This document shows, in pieces, positions 25,274 through 39,258 of a stretch of DNA of 64,000 nucleotides (position 1 is its first letter; each line of letters begins with the position of its first letter). The notes beneath the pieces are model-generated. The model was not told the origin of the DNA. It saw only the letters and a list, made by a program, of their open reading frames with translations, and ran no database searches. Location: NCBI GenBank assembly GCA_000934665.2, contig KZ538206.1:1-64000 (forward strand), read 5' to 3'. This DNA is from Catajapyx aquilonaris (lineage: Eukaryota). A program made the position numbers and the translations under genes.

Positions 25274-25694
25274 AGTTTTAAGCCCGTTTATGCATGTATG
25301 TCCCGTAATTTTAACTGCCTGAATTAGTACTGGATCTCCCCTATCATGATAGTATCCGGATTGTAACTTAAATCTAGATTCTGTGCCCAAAATGCTCGTT
25401 TTAACCTGGCCATTGAGTGGGTGTTCACCCTATGCGGCGCGTTGCCTACAGGTCAGGATATTAACCGCTCTGGATTCCTTAGTTTCATAGTTTTACGCGC
25501 GTTTATGCATATATATCCGGTAATTTTAACTACCTGAGTTAGTTCTGGATCTTCCCTATTATCCTAGTATCTGGATTTTAACTTAAACTTAGATTCGGTG
25601 CCCAAAATGCTCGTTTGAACCTGTCTAGTCGAGTGGATGTTCACCCTGTGCGGCGCGTTGCCTATTGGCCAGGATATTAGCCGCGCTGGCTTCC
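25274..25694. repeat. Two-copy tandem duplication, 215-bp period, diverged
   Basis: GTTTATGCAT...GTAATTTTAACT...GTGCCCAAAATGCTCGTTT...GTTCACCCT.TGCGGCGCGTTGCCTA...CAGGATATTA is collinear starting at 25286 and at 25501. Confidence 0.92.
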
Positions 25695-28600
25695 CAAATT
25701 AGTCGGCCGCCTCACGCTAACCCAATAGGCCTTCCGACAATTTGGTAGAAACCAAGCTACCCCCACCATCCCCCCCTCCTCACCCGTCCGGCTGGTGCGA
25801 TAAAGTGGGAGGGTGGGGAGAGAGGAAGGGCTATCGGCTCCTATTGATTGGACGCCTTTTGCGATGCTCCCATGTCAATTACTGGCGAGGAAAAGGAGGC
25901 CCGCTCCCAAGACGCGCCCTAAGAGTTTTCAGCAGGCTACGGATTTATGGATGTCGATCGATTTGCTATGTACGGTGGGCTTCAAGTACGGAGGAGTTGG
26001 ACTTGCTTCATTGCGGGAGCGTTTTCAGCGGGTGCGAGATGCGCACTCGGGATGCAAATCATATGCAGATCCAGGCCTGATATTGGCTGCTGCAAGTTCT
26101 GATCTGGCCGACATGTCCGTTTGTCACGGAGGAAAGGGTGGGTCGCAGTCAGGATGACACCAGGGAACGGGGTTTCGTCCACAGATTTTTCAAGCGGGAG
26201 TTGACGCAGTACATGTTGGTATAAACTCAAGTTGGATTTGTGGAGAAGGGTGAATATGTCATAAAGGTGACAATTTTGTGATGGACTAATCAGGGATATT
26301 GATACTAACGTCAATGTTAGTAGTATATCGACAGCTCTCCCCTTTATTGACGTCAATGCCTATGAATATGAACAAGGCAGATGTTGTCGATGCGTTCTAT
26401 ATTTTTCTGGCGAGAAATCTAGTGATGTATTGTGCTGTCATCACTCTGTCGACACCGTCAGCTCTCCTTAACTGCTACGGGACAAGAAAAACATGTCAAC
26501 TGTTAATTTTAGATGTGCCAAGAACTCTTCATCTTTCTTTCACTCCATCCCCCTCTATCCCAACAGACGTTCCACTGCGTATATCCCTATTCGTGGCCAT
26601 GGCACTAACAAGAGCTATGATAAATAACTAATCCACGTCGGTTTCTCTGAACTCACCTTGTAGATTCAGTAGCTGAAACACAAATTGGAACAGGTTTCGC
26701 CGCATTGTTATATTGCTAGTTGATGGCTGATGGTTGCGTGCTAAATATATCGTCACGACGAGCTTATACTACCCAAAAACCTGCTCTTTCTGCTCTGTTT
26801 TTGTGGGTCCTATCAATAATAACTCCGGTTCTGCTCATTTTCAGTGGCATTGGAGGCCCACTTGTGCTGTATAAATATCTTGTGGGGGGGGGGGGGGGGN
26901 GGGGGGAGTTCTGCCCTTATATACTTCTCCCTGCCATCACGCCAAACATTTCCTAGGATTCGAGAAAAAGACGGCTGTAATTATGTGCTGTTAACGGTCA
27001 TAAAAACTGGAGCATGTGGATTACTCACACTTCTATCTCGCAATAAGTCCATCAAGTCATAACTCTTGCTGACAAGGGATTTCAAGGTTGAGGAACCGGA
27101 GGGCTATTCATCGGACAGGCCGTGGACAGGCCTATAGTGTTTTTTTATATACCGGACGATATAATGCAGGATGATCAGTCACAATGGAATAATTGCAGTT
27201 TGAAGTTCTCCTTTTGTTTTCTATAGGGAACTGTCTTTTCTCTAGCAGAAAGTACGGGTCAAAGACCAATTCTTGTCTCAACTTTCCTAAATGTGACTGA
27301 TCGTTCTGCAAATATGTGACCGAAAGTCCACACCCAGCTGCCTAAACTCTACACACACCGTGTGCGTGATGTGTGAGTGTGCGTGGCAGAGACGAAGAGG
27401 GGATGCAGGTTTCGTGCTCAGTCATTCTAACCCTAAAATGGGCCACTTTTGGAAAAACCCTCTAGTTTTATTTTCCATCCGTCTCCAATGAGCCGTTTTG
27501 GAATGTTTAAGCATGACAACGCAGGATTGGGTGCACCGTCTGTGGGGGATTCATGGTCTTTATACGCAGCTTCAGGTCGGTTTTCCTTGCCAGACCGCCA
27601 TTAAAATGAGCAAATAAATTGATCATTAATTTCCGACCGTCGTTATCCGTGACGAGGAGGCCAGCTATCAAACCGGGTCTCAGGACTAGATTTATTTGGG
27701 GTCCGATTAGTAATCTGTGTAGGTGAGCTAGAAAATGCTCCCCGTGGGGTGCGTTCGGAGACGTCGTCTCAGGACATTACCGTTATCTCCTGGTGCTAGA
27801 GGTGGGGGGGAAGCTGAGAGTATTTATGTCCACCGAAATGGTCGACGCTTACCCAGGAAGAGACGACGGACAGAGGGAATATTAGGACACTTTTTTTCCC
27901 TTCACGATTTCATTTAGCGCTTTGGAAAAATCAGTTGAATTGTACACACACTGTATATAAGCATCTGATAATTTTCATGATAATTTGGGTAAATTTGTTG
28001 TAATACCGACAACCACGTTTCTTGCGCCGCCATCTTGGCCCGTTAGCACCTAACGCCATCTCTACTTACAACAGCACATTACACCTCTATTCATACCAGA
28101 ACAACCCGGGTTGTGGGCAAGTAATTGAAAATGATGTGCACAACACCCCGGCCCCCATCCAGCCTCATTTCTACCCCCATCCCCCTACCCTTTACCCCCT
28201 TCCCCCATCCATAAGTCTGCCAGAGAACGCAGGCATGTGCGCGCAGTGGCTGCCGGGACGTGCTCGGGAGAAGAAGCAAGAAGAGCAGGCGCTGTGTCTC
28301 TCTGTATTCCATGGCCGGCACCTCCACCACCACCCTCCATCTCCCCTACTGAAAAAGGGGCCCCTCTAGCCCTCCCACCCCTCCCTACTCCGCCATGGTA
28401 GTAGGGGAAAGCCAGGACAAAGCTCCTCTGCCCATGTCTCCGAGTATCGAGCGAGGGGTTGTTGTAGTGTAGTTCGGAGCTGCCTGGGTTATACGCTGAT
28501 CACCCTGCAACTGTTAGAGGGGGTACTCGACCTCTCGGTACAGTGACATTTGAACTCCCATTTTTTTGCCACCCATCCCGGCAGCCATATTGATTATTGA

Positions 28601-28810
28601 TGAGGTGTGTTTAGCACCGGAGGGGAGCTGGAGTCGATGAGTGGTGTGAGTTACACTGCAGCATCTTTAGGATTCGGGGGAGACAGTAGCACGTGTGTGA
28701 GGGAGGTAAGGACGTGCATGTGTGTGTGATCAGTGTTTCGTGGATAGTGTGATGGGCCTTTGGGAGTCGGAACATTTGACCAGTTATGAGAAGCCGGCGG
28801 AGGTGCCAAT

Positions 28811-28811
<1 letters not shown>

Positions 28812-28857
<46 letters not shown>
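28812..28857. repeat. (GA)n microsatellite
   Basis: About 23 perfect units. Confidence 0.97.
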
Positions 28858-28858
<1 letters not shown>

Positions 28859-28914
28859 ATTTGGGTAGCGTGTGAGGGATTCAACATGGGTTGATGCACA
28901 CGCCTGATGGCTAA

Positions 28915-29027
28915 TGCCTGGTTTACACATGCTGAAATTCAGGGTTGGAAATGAAGTTGGCAAATAGAGACCCTTATGAGGCTATTTGCCTACATTTCAA
29001 CGCTGATTTTTCGGCATATACCAGGCA
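28915..29027. mobile_element. Degenerate palindromic MITE, Harbinger-like
   Basis: TGCCTGGT...GCTGAAATTCAGGGTTGGAAATG...GGCAAATAG mirrored by CTATTTGCC..CATTTCAACGCTGATTTTTCGGC...ACCAGGCA; same TGCCTGGT terminus as the element at 4583; TAA on the left flank only. Confidence 0.65.
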
Positions 29028-32000
29028 CATAGGGAAAAGCAACCGCGCATTCTTGACCAAGGCACACACTTTTGCTGAATGGGTCCAAAACCAAACTGCA
29101 GAATTACTGTGCATGTGATGGATTATACATTAGACTCGCTCGCGCTAAAACCATTTGAGCGGACCCCCTGTCCTGGCTCTGTCTGTAGGCTTTTGAGTAG
29201 TATTTACCTTTTTGAAGTGGTTAGGATCCAGCAATAAATAGTGTTACAATATTTAGATGGTAGATCCTAAGCGACCAAATTAATTTGTTTTATAAGAGAC
29301 GGTTGCAAGAATGGGCCCACAAAATCTCGCTTTTCCAGCCCATCCCATTCCAACCACCACGCAACCTGAGAGTAGGAAGAGGAATGATTACAGTAGTATA
29401 GGTCATCACCAGCAAGATAATTGGCGCCAATTAATCTTCAATGCTGAGCTATTTGTAGTTCCTAATTGGTTACTATGGGATCTCAGGTTAAATTGTCCGG
29501 AACGTTTCAGCGCACTACGGGCCTCTTCCTCACACATCCCGTCGTACTATTGAAACACTTTTCTATGGTATAGATGCTGTGTTACTGAACGTCGTTTTTT
29601 ACGTGCAAAATAATTCGCAATTTTGAACCACCCCTACTGAAAGTTGTGATAACGATACCTAAAATAATTTATTAACTTTCAAAACTATACAAGCCATAAT
29701 TATATGGATTGTAATAATTATGGCATAAGGCCTATTGAATAATGGCGGGCTTTAATCCAACTAGCTATCCTTTCAGAACCTACGGCACACATTGAGATGT
29801 TATACCTAGCGTCATATTTCGCCGCTGGCCATTACCTCGTAATTCAACAATGAGAAACGAAGATTTTGTTACATCCATGCACTTATTAGGCATTGGACCC
29901 GAGCTACTACACCGTTTATCCTCCACTTTCCTGTAGGAAATCCCATCTGTGGACGTTCCATATTCTAACAAAATCGGTTAGCTGGAGTTTTCCCCCGGTT
30001 CCCCCTTCAGCCTACAGTGTATATGTAACGTCTCAGCTTGTGAGAATCGATCCCCGTACAGACCCCCTCCTTTTTCCCCTCCCTGTCTCCCACCCTAAAC
30101 TCCGGAACACCCGTGTTCTGATTGCCACATGTTAAGGGGATGCTACTATACATATCTGCCAGTGTCTTGTCCTCCGAGAGTACAGCATTCGGTATTATAC
30201 AACGAAGTCTCAGGTGCAGCAATTCAACCGGTCAGGTGTAGCCTACATATCAGACAAAAAGTTGTCTTGTACCCTCGTACTTTTGATAGCTCACTGTGCA
30301 AATCCCCCTTTCCGATTTCACACCCGAACGCGTTTACACCCCACGGTCACCCCCCCTAGTCTTGCCATAAAAGTGCCGGGCAAGTCCGCACTTCTGGACC
30401 GGGGCAAACGGGGGCAGGGATTTAGCGGGCCTGCAGAATAATGACCGTCTTCAGTGCGGCGCAGCTCCTTGGCGAGTGTTTTTGACGGCTCCTTTTTCTC
30501 AGGTCGTGACACTGCAAGATGCATCACCACCCCTTTCTCTCGGTCCCCTTGCCTTCCCCATGTTGCCGTGTTACGACTCGCGGCGGGTATACCAATTTCG
30601 AATGGCGAGCGTGCGTAACATATATCTGGGTCAATATTCGGTAAAGATACGATATGTTGTCCCAGTGCAGTATTATGGTACCATACAGTATTGCACTTTT
30701 GCACATGTCATAAGACGAGTCATTTAGCATTATATATTAATTAAGTTTTTGGGTCAATATTTGCTGAAGGGTGAAATTGAGTATAGTAAAGAAAGTTATT
30801 TTCTATGTTTAATTTATTTCCTACATTCTATAACTATATGAATAAATACACTGTGGATTGCCATCACATTTCACCTGAAACATTCCAAGATAATAAATTT
30901 TTTGTCATCACCATAACGATCATTATTTTTGCATGTTTTAAAACTTTGTTTTTTATTATAGTTTACAAATTTTCCGCGTCTTCACACTGTGAAATAAAAT
31001 TTTCCTCTTCGTAATTTTACTCCCTTGCAAGTACTAAGAAAGTTGTTCCACTAGAATTGTCATTATTGCAACAGATGGGCCATTATCATTGTGCCATTAC
31101 CGATATTCGATGGTCATAACATGTATCCAAATTTACAAAGCCCTTATTTTAATGAGAAAATTATATTTATGCATGAATAACACTAATTGATAGGATATGG
31201 AACGATTTCCGATGTTGCATCATTTCTGTCTCCCTAATTGAGAAAATAATTAAATTGACGTGTAATTTGACGAAACTTTTATAAACGTATTTATTGCAAG
31301 TTGGTAAAATAATTATGACGATAATTTTATTCCCATATTGTGAAGGCGTGGTAAGTATATGCTTATAACATTTATCTAATAAAAAGTAAAGTTTTAACAG
31401 GTGCAAAATTTTGTTTACTCTGTCGTTACGGTAATGACAGAAATTTATTATCTAGTCAAATTTATGATGAAATTTTGCGACATTACATTAACGACATTAA
31501 CGAACATTAACGACATTATTAAAACACAGAGAATGCAGGAAATAAATTATGATTGGAAAATGACCACTTTCGTTATCATACAATATTTGACCCTTTATCA
31601 AAATATCGATTTATCTGTATACGACATGCCTCCTTTTTAAGATTAGTGACATGTCTGGAGTGCAAGTCTCAGGAACAGAACTAGGAATTGGTTCGGGTAG
31701 TCCCAGAAGTGGGACAGCAGGATGAATAAATGCATCGGAGGGCATCCTGTGGTGGATCTAGATACGTGAGGGAAAGGAGGCAGTTTTAGGGTCGTTTTGC
31801 AGTGTTTGGGAATCGGGATGCTGTAATCATTGACGTCGAAGATCCTGTGGGAAACCCGTTGAATGCAGGAGGTTCCGAGAAATTGGAACGATAACTTTTC
31901 AGATGCACGCTGGTGACGAAGCTTGTCCTTTTGCATTGTTACAGTAATTTAAATGCCGGGATATCCTGTGAGTAAACTTGTGATCCGGTCGTGTGAGTTT

Positions 32001-35000
32001 TATACTTGTGTATCCATATTAATGGCATTCTTAATGTGTGTAGTAGACTGCAGCTGTCCGGCCCATTCAGAAAATTGCCCACTGACAAATGTTTGCTAAG
32101 AATAACACGTCCTTATTGTACTGCCAGGACAATATACAGTATACAGTCTCTCCCACATCCTCGCTCAACTAGAACTACATCGTTAATTATATATTCCGCA
32201 TCATCATACTTCCACCTTACCATATCCTCTTGAGCCCTCCCCGCGTCGATTTGCGCAGGCACAATTAATCCGAGTCACTGACAATTCGTACATGCAGCAC
32301 CCTACGGGAATGAAACATAGAACCGTTGCCGCATACAGATGTCAGCAGGTTATGACGTGAAGGAGCACCCTGTGGAGTGGTTCAATTCACAGGTGCATTT
32401 TCTCCACTACCTTTTGTTCGGTCCAACATTCCTTCTTTATACTCAATGGTATGGAGTACACGACCCTCATACGGGTCAGCCTTGAAGTATTCAGGTGGAT
32501 GATCCTTCTGGATCAAGCTCCCTATCCTAAGGACCACTTTACGGTTCACCTGAATTGAATTATTGACGTCATATTACTTAAACGCTGCGTTGCCAAGTTT
32601 TACTTGGGGATGTCGATGACTTTATGGACATGAGGCGTATAAAAGGGACTTGGGGTAAGGCCAAAGTGTAAATCCATCCTGAGGGGACTTGCGATGCCCA
32701 CTCCCATCCCCTCTCACCGCATCTCCCTGCCCCGGTGGGGGTTATAGCTTTATGCAAATGCATCATATACTGGGACCGGTCTCCCTCGTCCCCCCCCCCC
32801 CATCCCCTCTTCCTCCACCTCCCATCCCACCTCACTGACAATGTTGCGCATCCGGTGCAATATCATGGCTTAATCCGAATTTTGCGGGGTGTGTTGTCCC
32901 CCGGAACGAGTCCCCGGATGCCCCCCTTTCCCCCCATGCCTCTCAAGTTGTTGCCCTGTTTGGCGCGCATNGGGGGGGGGGGGAGCTGGGGTTGAATTTT
33001 CCAGGACGAATCAACGTACAGGTTGATTCCTTCGTGTGTCATTATAGCGTCACTCTCCTTCCCACCCCTTTAAAAATGAATAAGAAAATTGTAGTAAAAT
33101 ATTGCTGATCCCGGAAGAGGCATATTAGAGTAGCTTCTCTGTCGCTATAGTATATACTTCTTGCTGGAAGGCGGAGAAATTCAGGCTCCAAAACGGTGGT
33201 TCCCGAAAGACACTTTCAAAAATTACAGTCGTAAGCTACCAAGAAATCGTAGCGATGCCAGAGGAAATTATTTATTAGCATTGCATAATGCAACGATATC
33301 TGGCATTGCTTAAACTTGTCACATTACGGGCTGGTTGTATGAATATGAGTTATGGTTAACTACGAGGTTATCTGTTGTTTACATGCGTACTAACTCGACA
33401 GTGTTGCGAGTATGTCATATACACGAAAATGCTCCAAGGTTACTCATTCAATAAATATGTCCATCCTGCGAGTTAGGCCATAAGTTCACCACTTATGTGT
33501 GGCGGACGGCATAGAAGTCAGGCGTAAAGTCTACTTGCCTGAACTTGAAGCTGATTCTTTATGAGCCGAGTTGAAACTAGAGACGTAGATTGCAAAGGAG
33601 AGAAAAAAAGAAAAAGGAGGGCTAATGATGAGGCAGACAGATTTATGTGAAGGCAGCACGCAAATGGCTGACCAAATTGCTCCCATTGCACTGCTTTCAG
33701 AAAAAAAAACGGGGGGAAATAGCTATAACGCAATCTAGTAGCACCATTCTCACTTTTAGGCGGAAATCATTTTCCTAGTAGGTTGTTTCGTTACTGGAGT
33801 GAGATTTGCGTGTTTATTACATGCAGTACTGTTGTGTAAGCACTGGTGCGTGATGATTTAATTCGGGAGTTTTAAGTTTTCTTATGAAAATATCCCTTGA
33901 ACTAACATGGTCTGGATATGTTTAGTTTCGGTGTGCATTTTGCATGTAAAATAATTGACACGGGGCTATTTTATCATGGAAATAACAAACGTTAACTCTT
34001 GAAATTGATGCAGTAATAAGCTACATTTACTTTAGGCTTCAAGCTACTGTTGTGCTATTGTTAATAGTCCCGGTTTCTCATACAAAGATTTTGAAGAAAT
34101 CCATTATCACTATCACCGTCGGTCCACTGCATTTTAGGTCTCATTACTACAGTACATCAAGCAGTACCATCAGCACTAGAGGAACTCACGTCATTTCAGT
34201 ATAAGCTGCGGTAAGTTGCAATATAGGCTTCCATGCCCACTACAGGCCTATACCTGCTGCAGCACCAATTATCCGGGATTTTCTAGTTACTTCGGGATTT
34301 TTAAAAGCTGCCTAGAAGCTGCTTAGTGCCTTCCCAACCTCAGCACAGTTTTATCCTGCTTATTTCTCCCTTTTTCCCCATAAAGTGACCAAATAATTGA
34401 GACTTGGAAGGCGCGAGAGGCCTGCTGGGTTTGTTCGTGTCACCAGCTCCTACAGCCTAGCGAGATGGCAAAACAAAAGGCAGAACATGCACGCTGAAGG
34501 TGGGGCCAATCATTAACTCTACGCAACATAATTTCGTTAAAAACATTTCAAGCATTTGTGACCTTTTTATAAGATTTTCCACATTTCTTCACTACCACCC
34601 AAATGTAATTCGCTCTCTCCGGCTGTACCCACCAGATAATTGCAATCCGGAGTTTATATCAACCAACTTGCACATTTTGAGGCCTTACAAAAACATACCA
34701 AAACTAAAACGACTCCACTAGTGTCCTCGTCGATTGCAATTATATTCACCATTACCCCTAATAATATGTCGGGACGGGGTAAATGGGTGGCCATCTTGTT
34801 GTCTTGTAGTGCCTGGTAGTTTTCTTGGAAAGGGGGGCAGGCGGGGGGTGCTGGTCTCCATCTACATTCTGATGGCGGAGACCTGTCAGCGACAGTCGCG
34901 GCGTCCCCCTCAAGTTAACTCGGAGTTGTTGGGCGTTCTAATCTCTCTAAATCAAGCAAGCAAACCACCAGGCCTTAGTAGGCCCCTATAGTCAACTTTA

Positions 35001-36880
35001 GTATAGGGGAAGGCGGGAAAGAGGTTGTAGGGAGGAGGTCGAGTCCGTATCCTCCCACAAACTCGGCCCAGGGCCTCCGGATAGTACTCTAGAGCCGACT
35101 CGAAAAGGTAAATTCCCATTACCTGTCCCCACATTTGGGGGAGAGCACATTTGGTTGGAGGTGGGTGTGTGATTGTCGCACCAAGAGTGAATTACGCTTG
35201 ATATCTGCTTTCATTCCTTTATTTTTTAAAAAATTGAAGCCAAAAAAGAGTGTGTCCACCGGACACCTCAAACGCGTAATGAGTAGGTCGGGGAAAAAAA
35301 CCCATCTATAATAATTAGCTTGCCAGCAATAATAGGGGCTAATAGCAGTACATGTAACAGAGAGGTGTCCCAAAAAATTACAATCCCAAAGGGGTGTTTT
35401 TGTACCGTGCGGTGTACAGTCTTAATTAGAGAATGGTGAAGGTTTGGTGGGAGTGGCGGGAGGGTGTGGGGAATGGTATTATTGATGCGAACTGAAATTG
35501 CGCTTATGATATTCCAGGGGCATGAAAAAAAAATCCTCCGCAAACTGTACTCTCCAGAAGCAAATTAGTGCAGTTTGGAAAGTGCGATCTTAATTGCGAA
35601 ATATTTATTATAATGTTAGAGCACCCTTGGGTTGGGTTAATGGCGTAGTAGAATGTTGCAAATCTTTGGACCCGATGTCCTTGACGGACTTTCTCTGGCC
35701 ATAGTATCAGTGCAATGTAATTTGACAAAATGCGGGGGATGTTTTTTTCCCGGACCCTAGAGGCTGTTTCGTTGGAGGTTACAATTCGCGAATTTTCGCG
35801 GGGCTAATTTTCCGCACCCAGGAGCGCCCCCCGCCTTGAATAATTGAAGCTGGCTGAGGCTGACAATCGCATTCGCAAAAAAGGACCAAACATAATGTAA
35901 AAAAGTCATGTAACTTGCACGCTCCAGTCAGCTACAGTAGTGCGAAATCTAATCTGTTTGGATACTCATATACTTGATTGTTACATACAGTATGTATGTT
36001 ACAAGAATAGGGCAGCCTTTTATTATTTGATCTTGAATGGTTCGCGCATGTGAGTTTTCTTAAATTTGATGGTATACGTACCAGTAGTATTTAATTACCA
36101 GTATATTGAGTCTGACAGTGTATCCTGGACACATCTGTTCGCGACTGTCTTTAACGTCTACATTAAACGAGCCTTTGTCCCACTCAGTACGCACGCTGTA
36201 CGCACACTGCAAACCCACTGTGTATACACTGCTTCATGTGATTGGGGTATTTGTGTGAGCAGATATAGGCTCCTGTGCTACAGCCCGGATAGGTCCAAAC
36301 TACTGTCCCTCACTTCTCTGTGGATTTCGGAATTTCTACTAGTGTGCTCTATATGTTGTGGGTAATAAATCTGTTCTAGATTTATTATTACTTGGCTTCA
36401 TACGATCTATTGCGCACATTGCACTAGCTCACAGGGGACTTGGAACATATCTATCCAAGATGCAATTTTTCCTCAATTTATTTTGAGCCATTATGTCACA
36501 ATTTTACCATATATCATAAACAAAATATTAGAAAGTAGTCCGGAAGTTAGAAATATTTTTAATATAATGTGTGCATCAGATTTTGGGAGTCACCTCTTCA
36601 GGAAAAAAAACAGCACATCAGTACCACACCCTTTAGTTGTTTTGTGGCGCATTATCTGCGACTATTTTTTATTACCCACTACTACTTTATAGATGCTCGT
36701 CAAGAGCTGCAGCATTTTAATCAAGTACTAACATATACCATCCATCGCAATATGGGCCCCTGACACCCCTCCTATATTTGGAAGGCTGGCGTTGGGGGGG
36801 GGGGGACGGGATGTGTTTATGACACCATTTTTGCGCATTTAGTGCAGCACGCAGCCGCCTTTGAGCACCGATATAAATAT

Positions 36881-36993
36881 TTAGTCGCAAGATGAGCACA
36901 ATCCGCCACAACCAGGGATGGGCCCGCAATGGTGCGGCTGATCACGCACGATCAGCCGCACCAATGCGGCCATGGCGCGCATCTTCCGCGCTA
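36881..36993. repeat. GC-rich inverted repeat / hairpin
   Basis: CCGCAATGGTGCGGCTGATC-acgcac-GATCAGCCGCACCAATGCGG core stem; outer TTAGTCGCAAGATGAGC / GCGCATCTTCCGCGCTAA. Confidence 0.75.
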
Positions 36994-39177
36994 AGACGCA
37001 CCCGATGCCCATGTTAGTAGTCATTTGGGATGCGTAGTGGGCAGGCGTTGCTTTATCATCCGGGAGTATATACTGCAACAGCGGAAAGCTAACATTTCCC
37101 CTAAGCTGATTTTCCGACCCTCCACCCCCTACCCCTGCCCCCCCTGAGCAAGTCGAGTTGGCACGGCGCCTGTGGCGTTGCCAGTAATTTATTGCAGAGA
37201 TTCAGGGGAATTGTACTGTATACGGTGAGCCGTTCCCATCAAGTAGCCCGTTGACGATATCGATTCATTCGTTGGGGGTAGGCGGGGGTGGTAGAGTAGG
37301 GCCAGCAGGGGCAAGGGAGGAGGGGGGGGGGGGGCGATTTTTTTTTTTCATTTTAGATCTCCCGGAAAGACTATTCCGATTCGCATTACCGTAGCTTTTC
37401 CAAGCGGTACAGATGGCTAGTGAAGCGCGAAATTCGTGATATATTTCAGAAGAAGGAGGCGTAGTTGAGTCATTTAAAGGCAGGTGGCTCACTGCACCCT
37501 TGGCGGGAATATTGCGCCACCTGGCATCATCGAACTAGGGCTGAGATTCTCTATTTCCCGTGGGGGATGGCATGCTCTAAGAGGGAGTTGGCCCTTCCAG
37601 ATATATGAAAGGCAGAATTTTCAAGGAGATATGAAGCTCTTACAGGGATATTTGATAAGTAAACATCTGGTTCTCTGGCTTATTCTTTTTGTGTGTTTTG
37701 TCCCTTTAAAAATCACCGCAGCAGAAACCATATCGGTCGTCATACATAGGAAATCCACATTTTAGCCTAAATATTCATAATTATCCAGCAATCCACTTAC
37801 TAGAATGTAAACAATTGCAATTTCAAATGGAATTATCTCGAAAGGTTTCTTTAAACTTAGTGGATTTCTCATGTACTGGTATGCCCACAATATACCCTGC
37901 ATGTATCGATACCATTATTCACAACCTTCATACAAGAGTGGTGGAATCCCTGCCGCCCAGTTCGACGAACCTTGTGATGACGGAGATTATAACCGACCGG
38001 TTAAAAGCGGGCCGGATAATTGAAGAGGTGTGCACAAGACGAGGGCGCCAAGTACGTCAAAAGGATATTACTTCCGGGTATTACAAAGTTTCCACGGCTG
38101 CTAATCTGTTTTGATTGGAGAGGACGCGGTAATGAGTCGAGTACAATGGGCCGCGTCGGCGGAAACTGAATGGCATCAACAAGAGAGTAAATGAAGTGGG
38201 AGCCTTCCGAGACGCTTTTCCAAAGGACAAAAACCCTCCCCCATGCTGCATATGCACAACCAGGGCATGCTGAGCACAAAAGAAGAGCTGGGGAAAATAA
38301 TGGTGAAAGCCGGGATTTTCCGGATGCTAAATAAAACTCATATTTGGGGACTGGGAAAATTTTGGGGGAACAATGCGAGTCCATTTTGATTGAGGGAAGA
38401 AAGTCATTTGTGTCCCCTTTTTAATGCGAGCTCGTCCATGCATGTTGCCAACTACTGTTTTTTTTAAGCATTCGTTTGGGATATACTGGTATTGGAAATG
38501 CTTACGTATATAGAGGAGGTTGAAATCGACTTCGCCAAGATGCATATATACATGGTGTTCCTCTGCCCAAGTTTGGATCTCTAGGGGTGAATAATCCATC
38601 AACTCTCCCCACTTCAGATCATCATCCTGGGCAGAGGAAAAACCCTGCATAGGCACTTAACATTCCTAGCTAATCAGTTTGGCCAAGTACAGTGTCGCTA
38701 TTAGTATAAGTAGACTGCACTGTATAGCTACATGAGAATCTCGTGGATGAATATTTTGTGTTAATTGTGTCCTAGGGTATATGACAGCAAAGCCAGCCGC
38801 AAAAATTGTTCACATGCACAGTTTGTCATTTGGATGAATCCTGGCAGTGTATAAGCTTTCACCACCAGTACAAAAAACGCTGTTGGAAAATTAAAAACAC
38901 AGCAAAACAATACGGATTCAATTACCGCTAACGATTTTCGATGAGGCTATCATTATATAGCAGGGAGGAAAAAACGAATGGCATCAACGGTTCTTTTTTA
39001 ATTTGAAAATGGTTGCACCATGCTGCAACAAAAATGACGAGGAGAAAAACAGAATAATTGAAAAAGGAGTGTCTGAAAAACAATTGCGGACTGCGTCGAG
39101 AAAATATGTGCACGTGATGAGAATGTGTAATGACGGCCCCGTGTTGTCCTACAGGGGTGGGGTTGGGGGGGGGGGGG

Positions 39178-39258
39178 NNNNNNNNNNNNNNNNNNNNNNN
39201 NNNNNNNNNNNNNNNNNNNNNNNNNNNNNNNNNNNNNNNNNNNNNNNNNNNNNNNNNN
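39178..39258. other. Assembly gap (81 N) between poly-G and poly-A runs
   Basis: Run of N. Confidence 0.99.

Noticed and set aside
31945..31967. Mini exon ATGCCGGGATATCCT|GTGAGT
   Set aside because: Phase 0 is incompatible with exon C and there is no other support; such sites are expected by chance.
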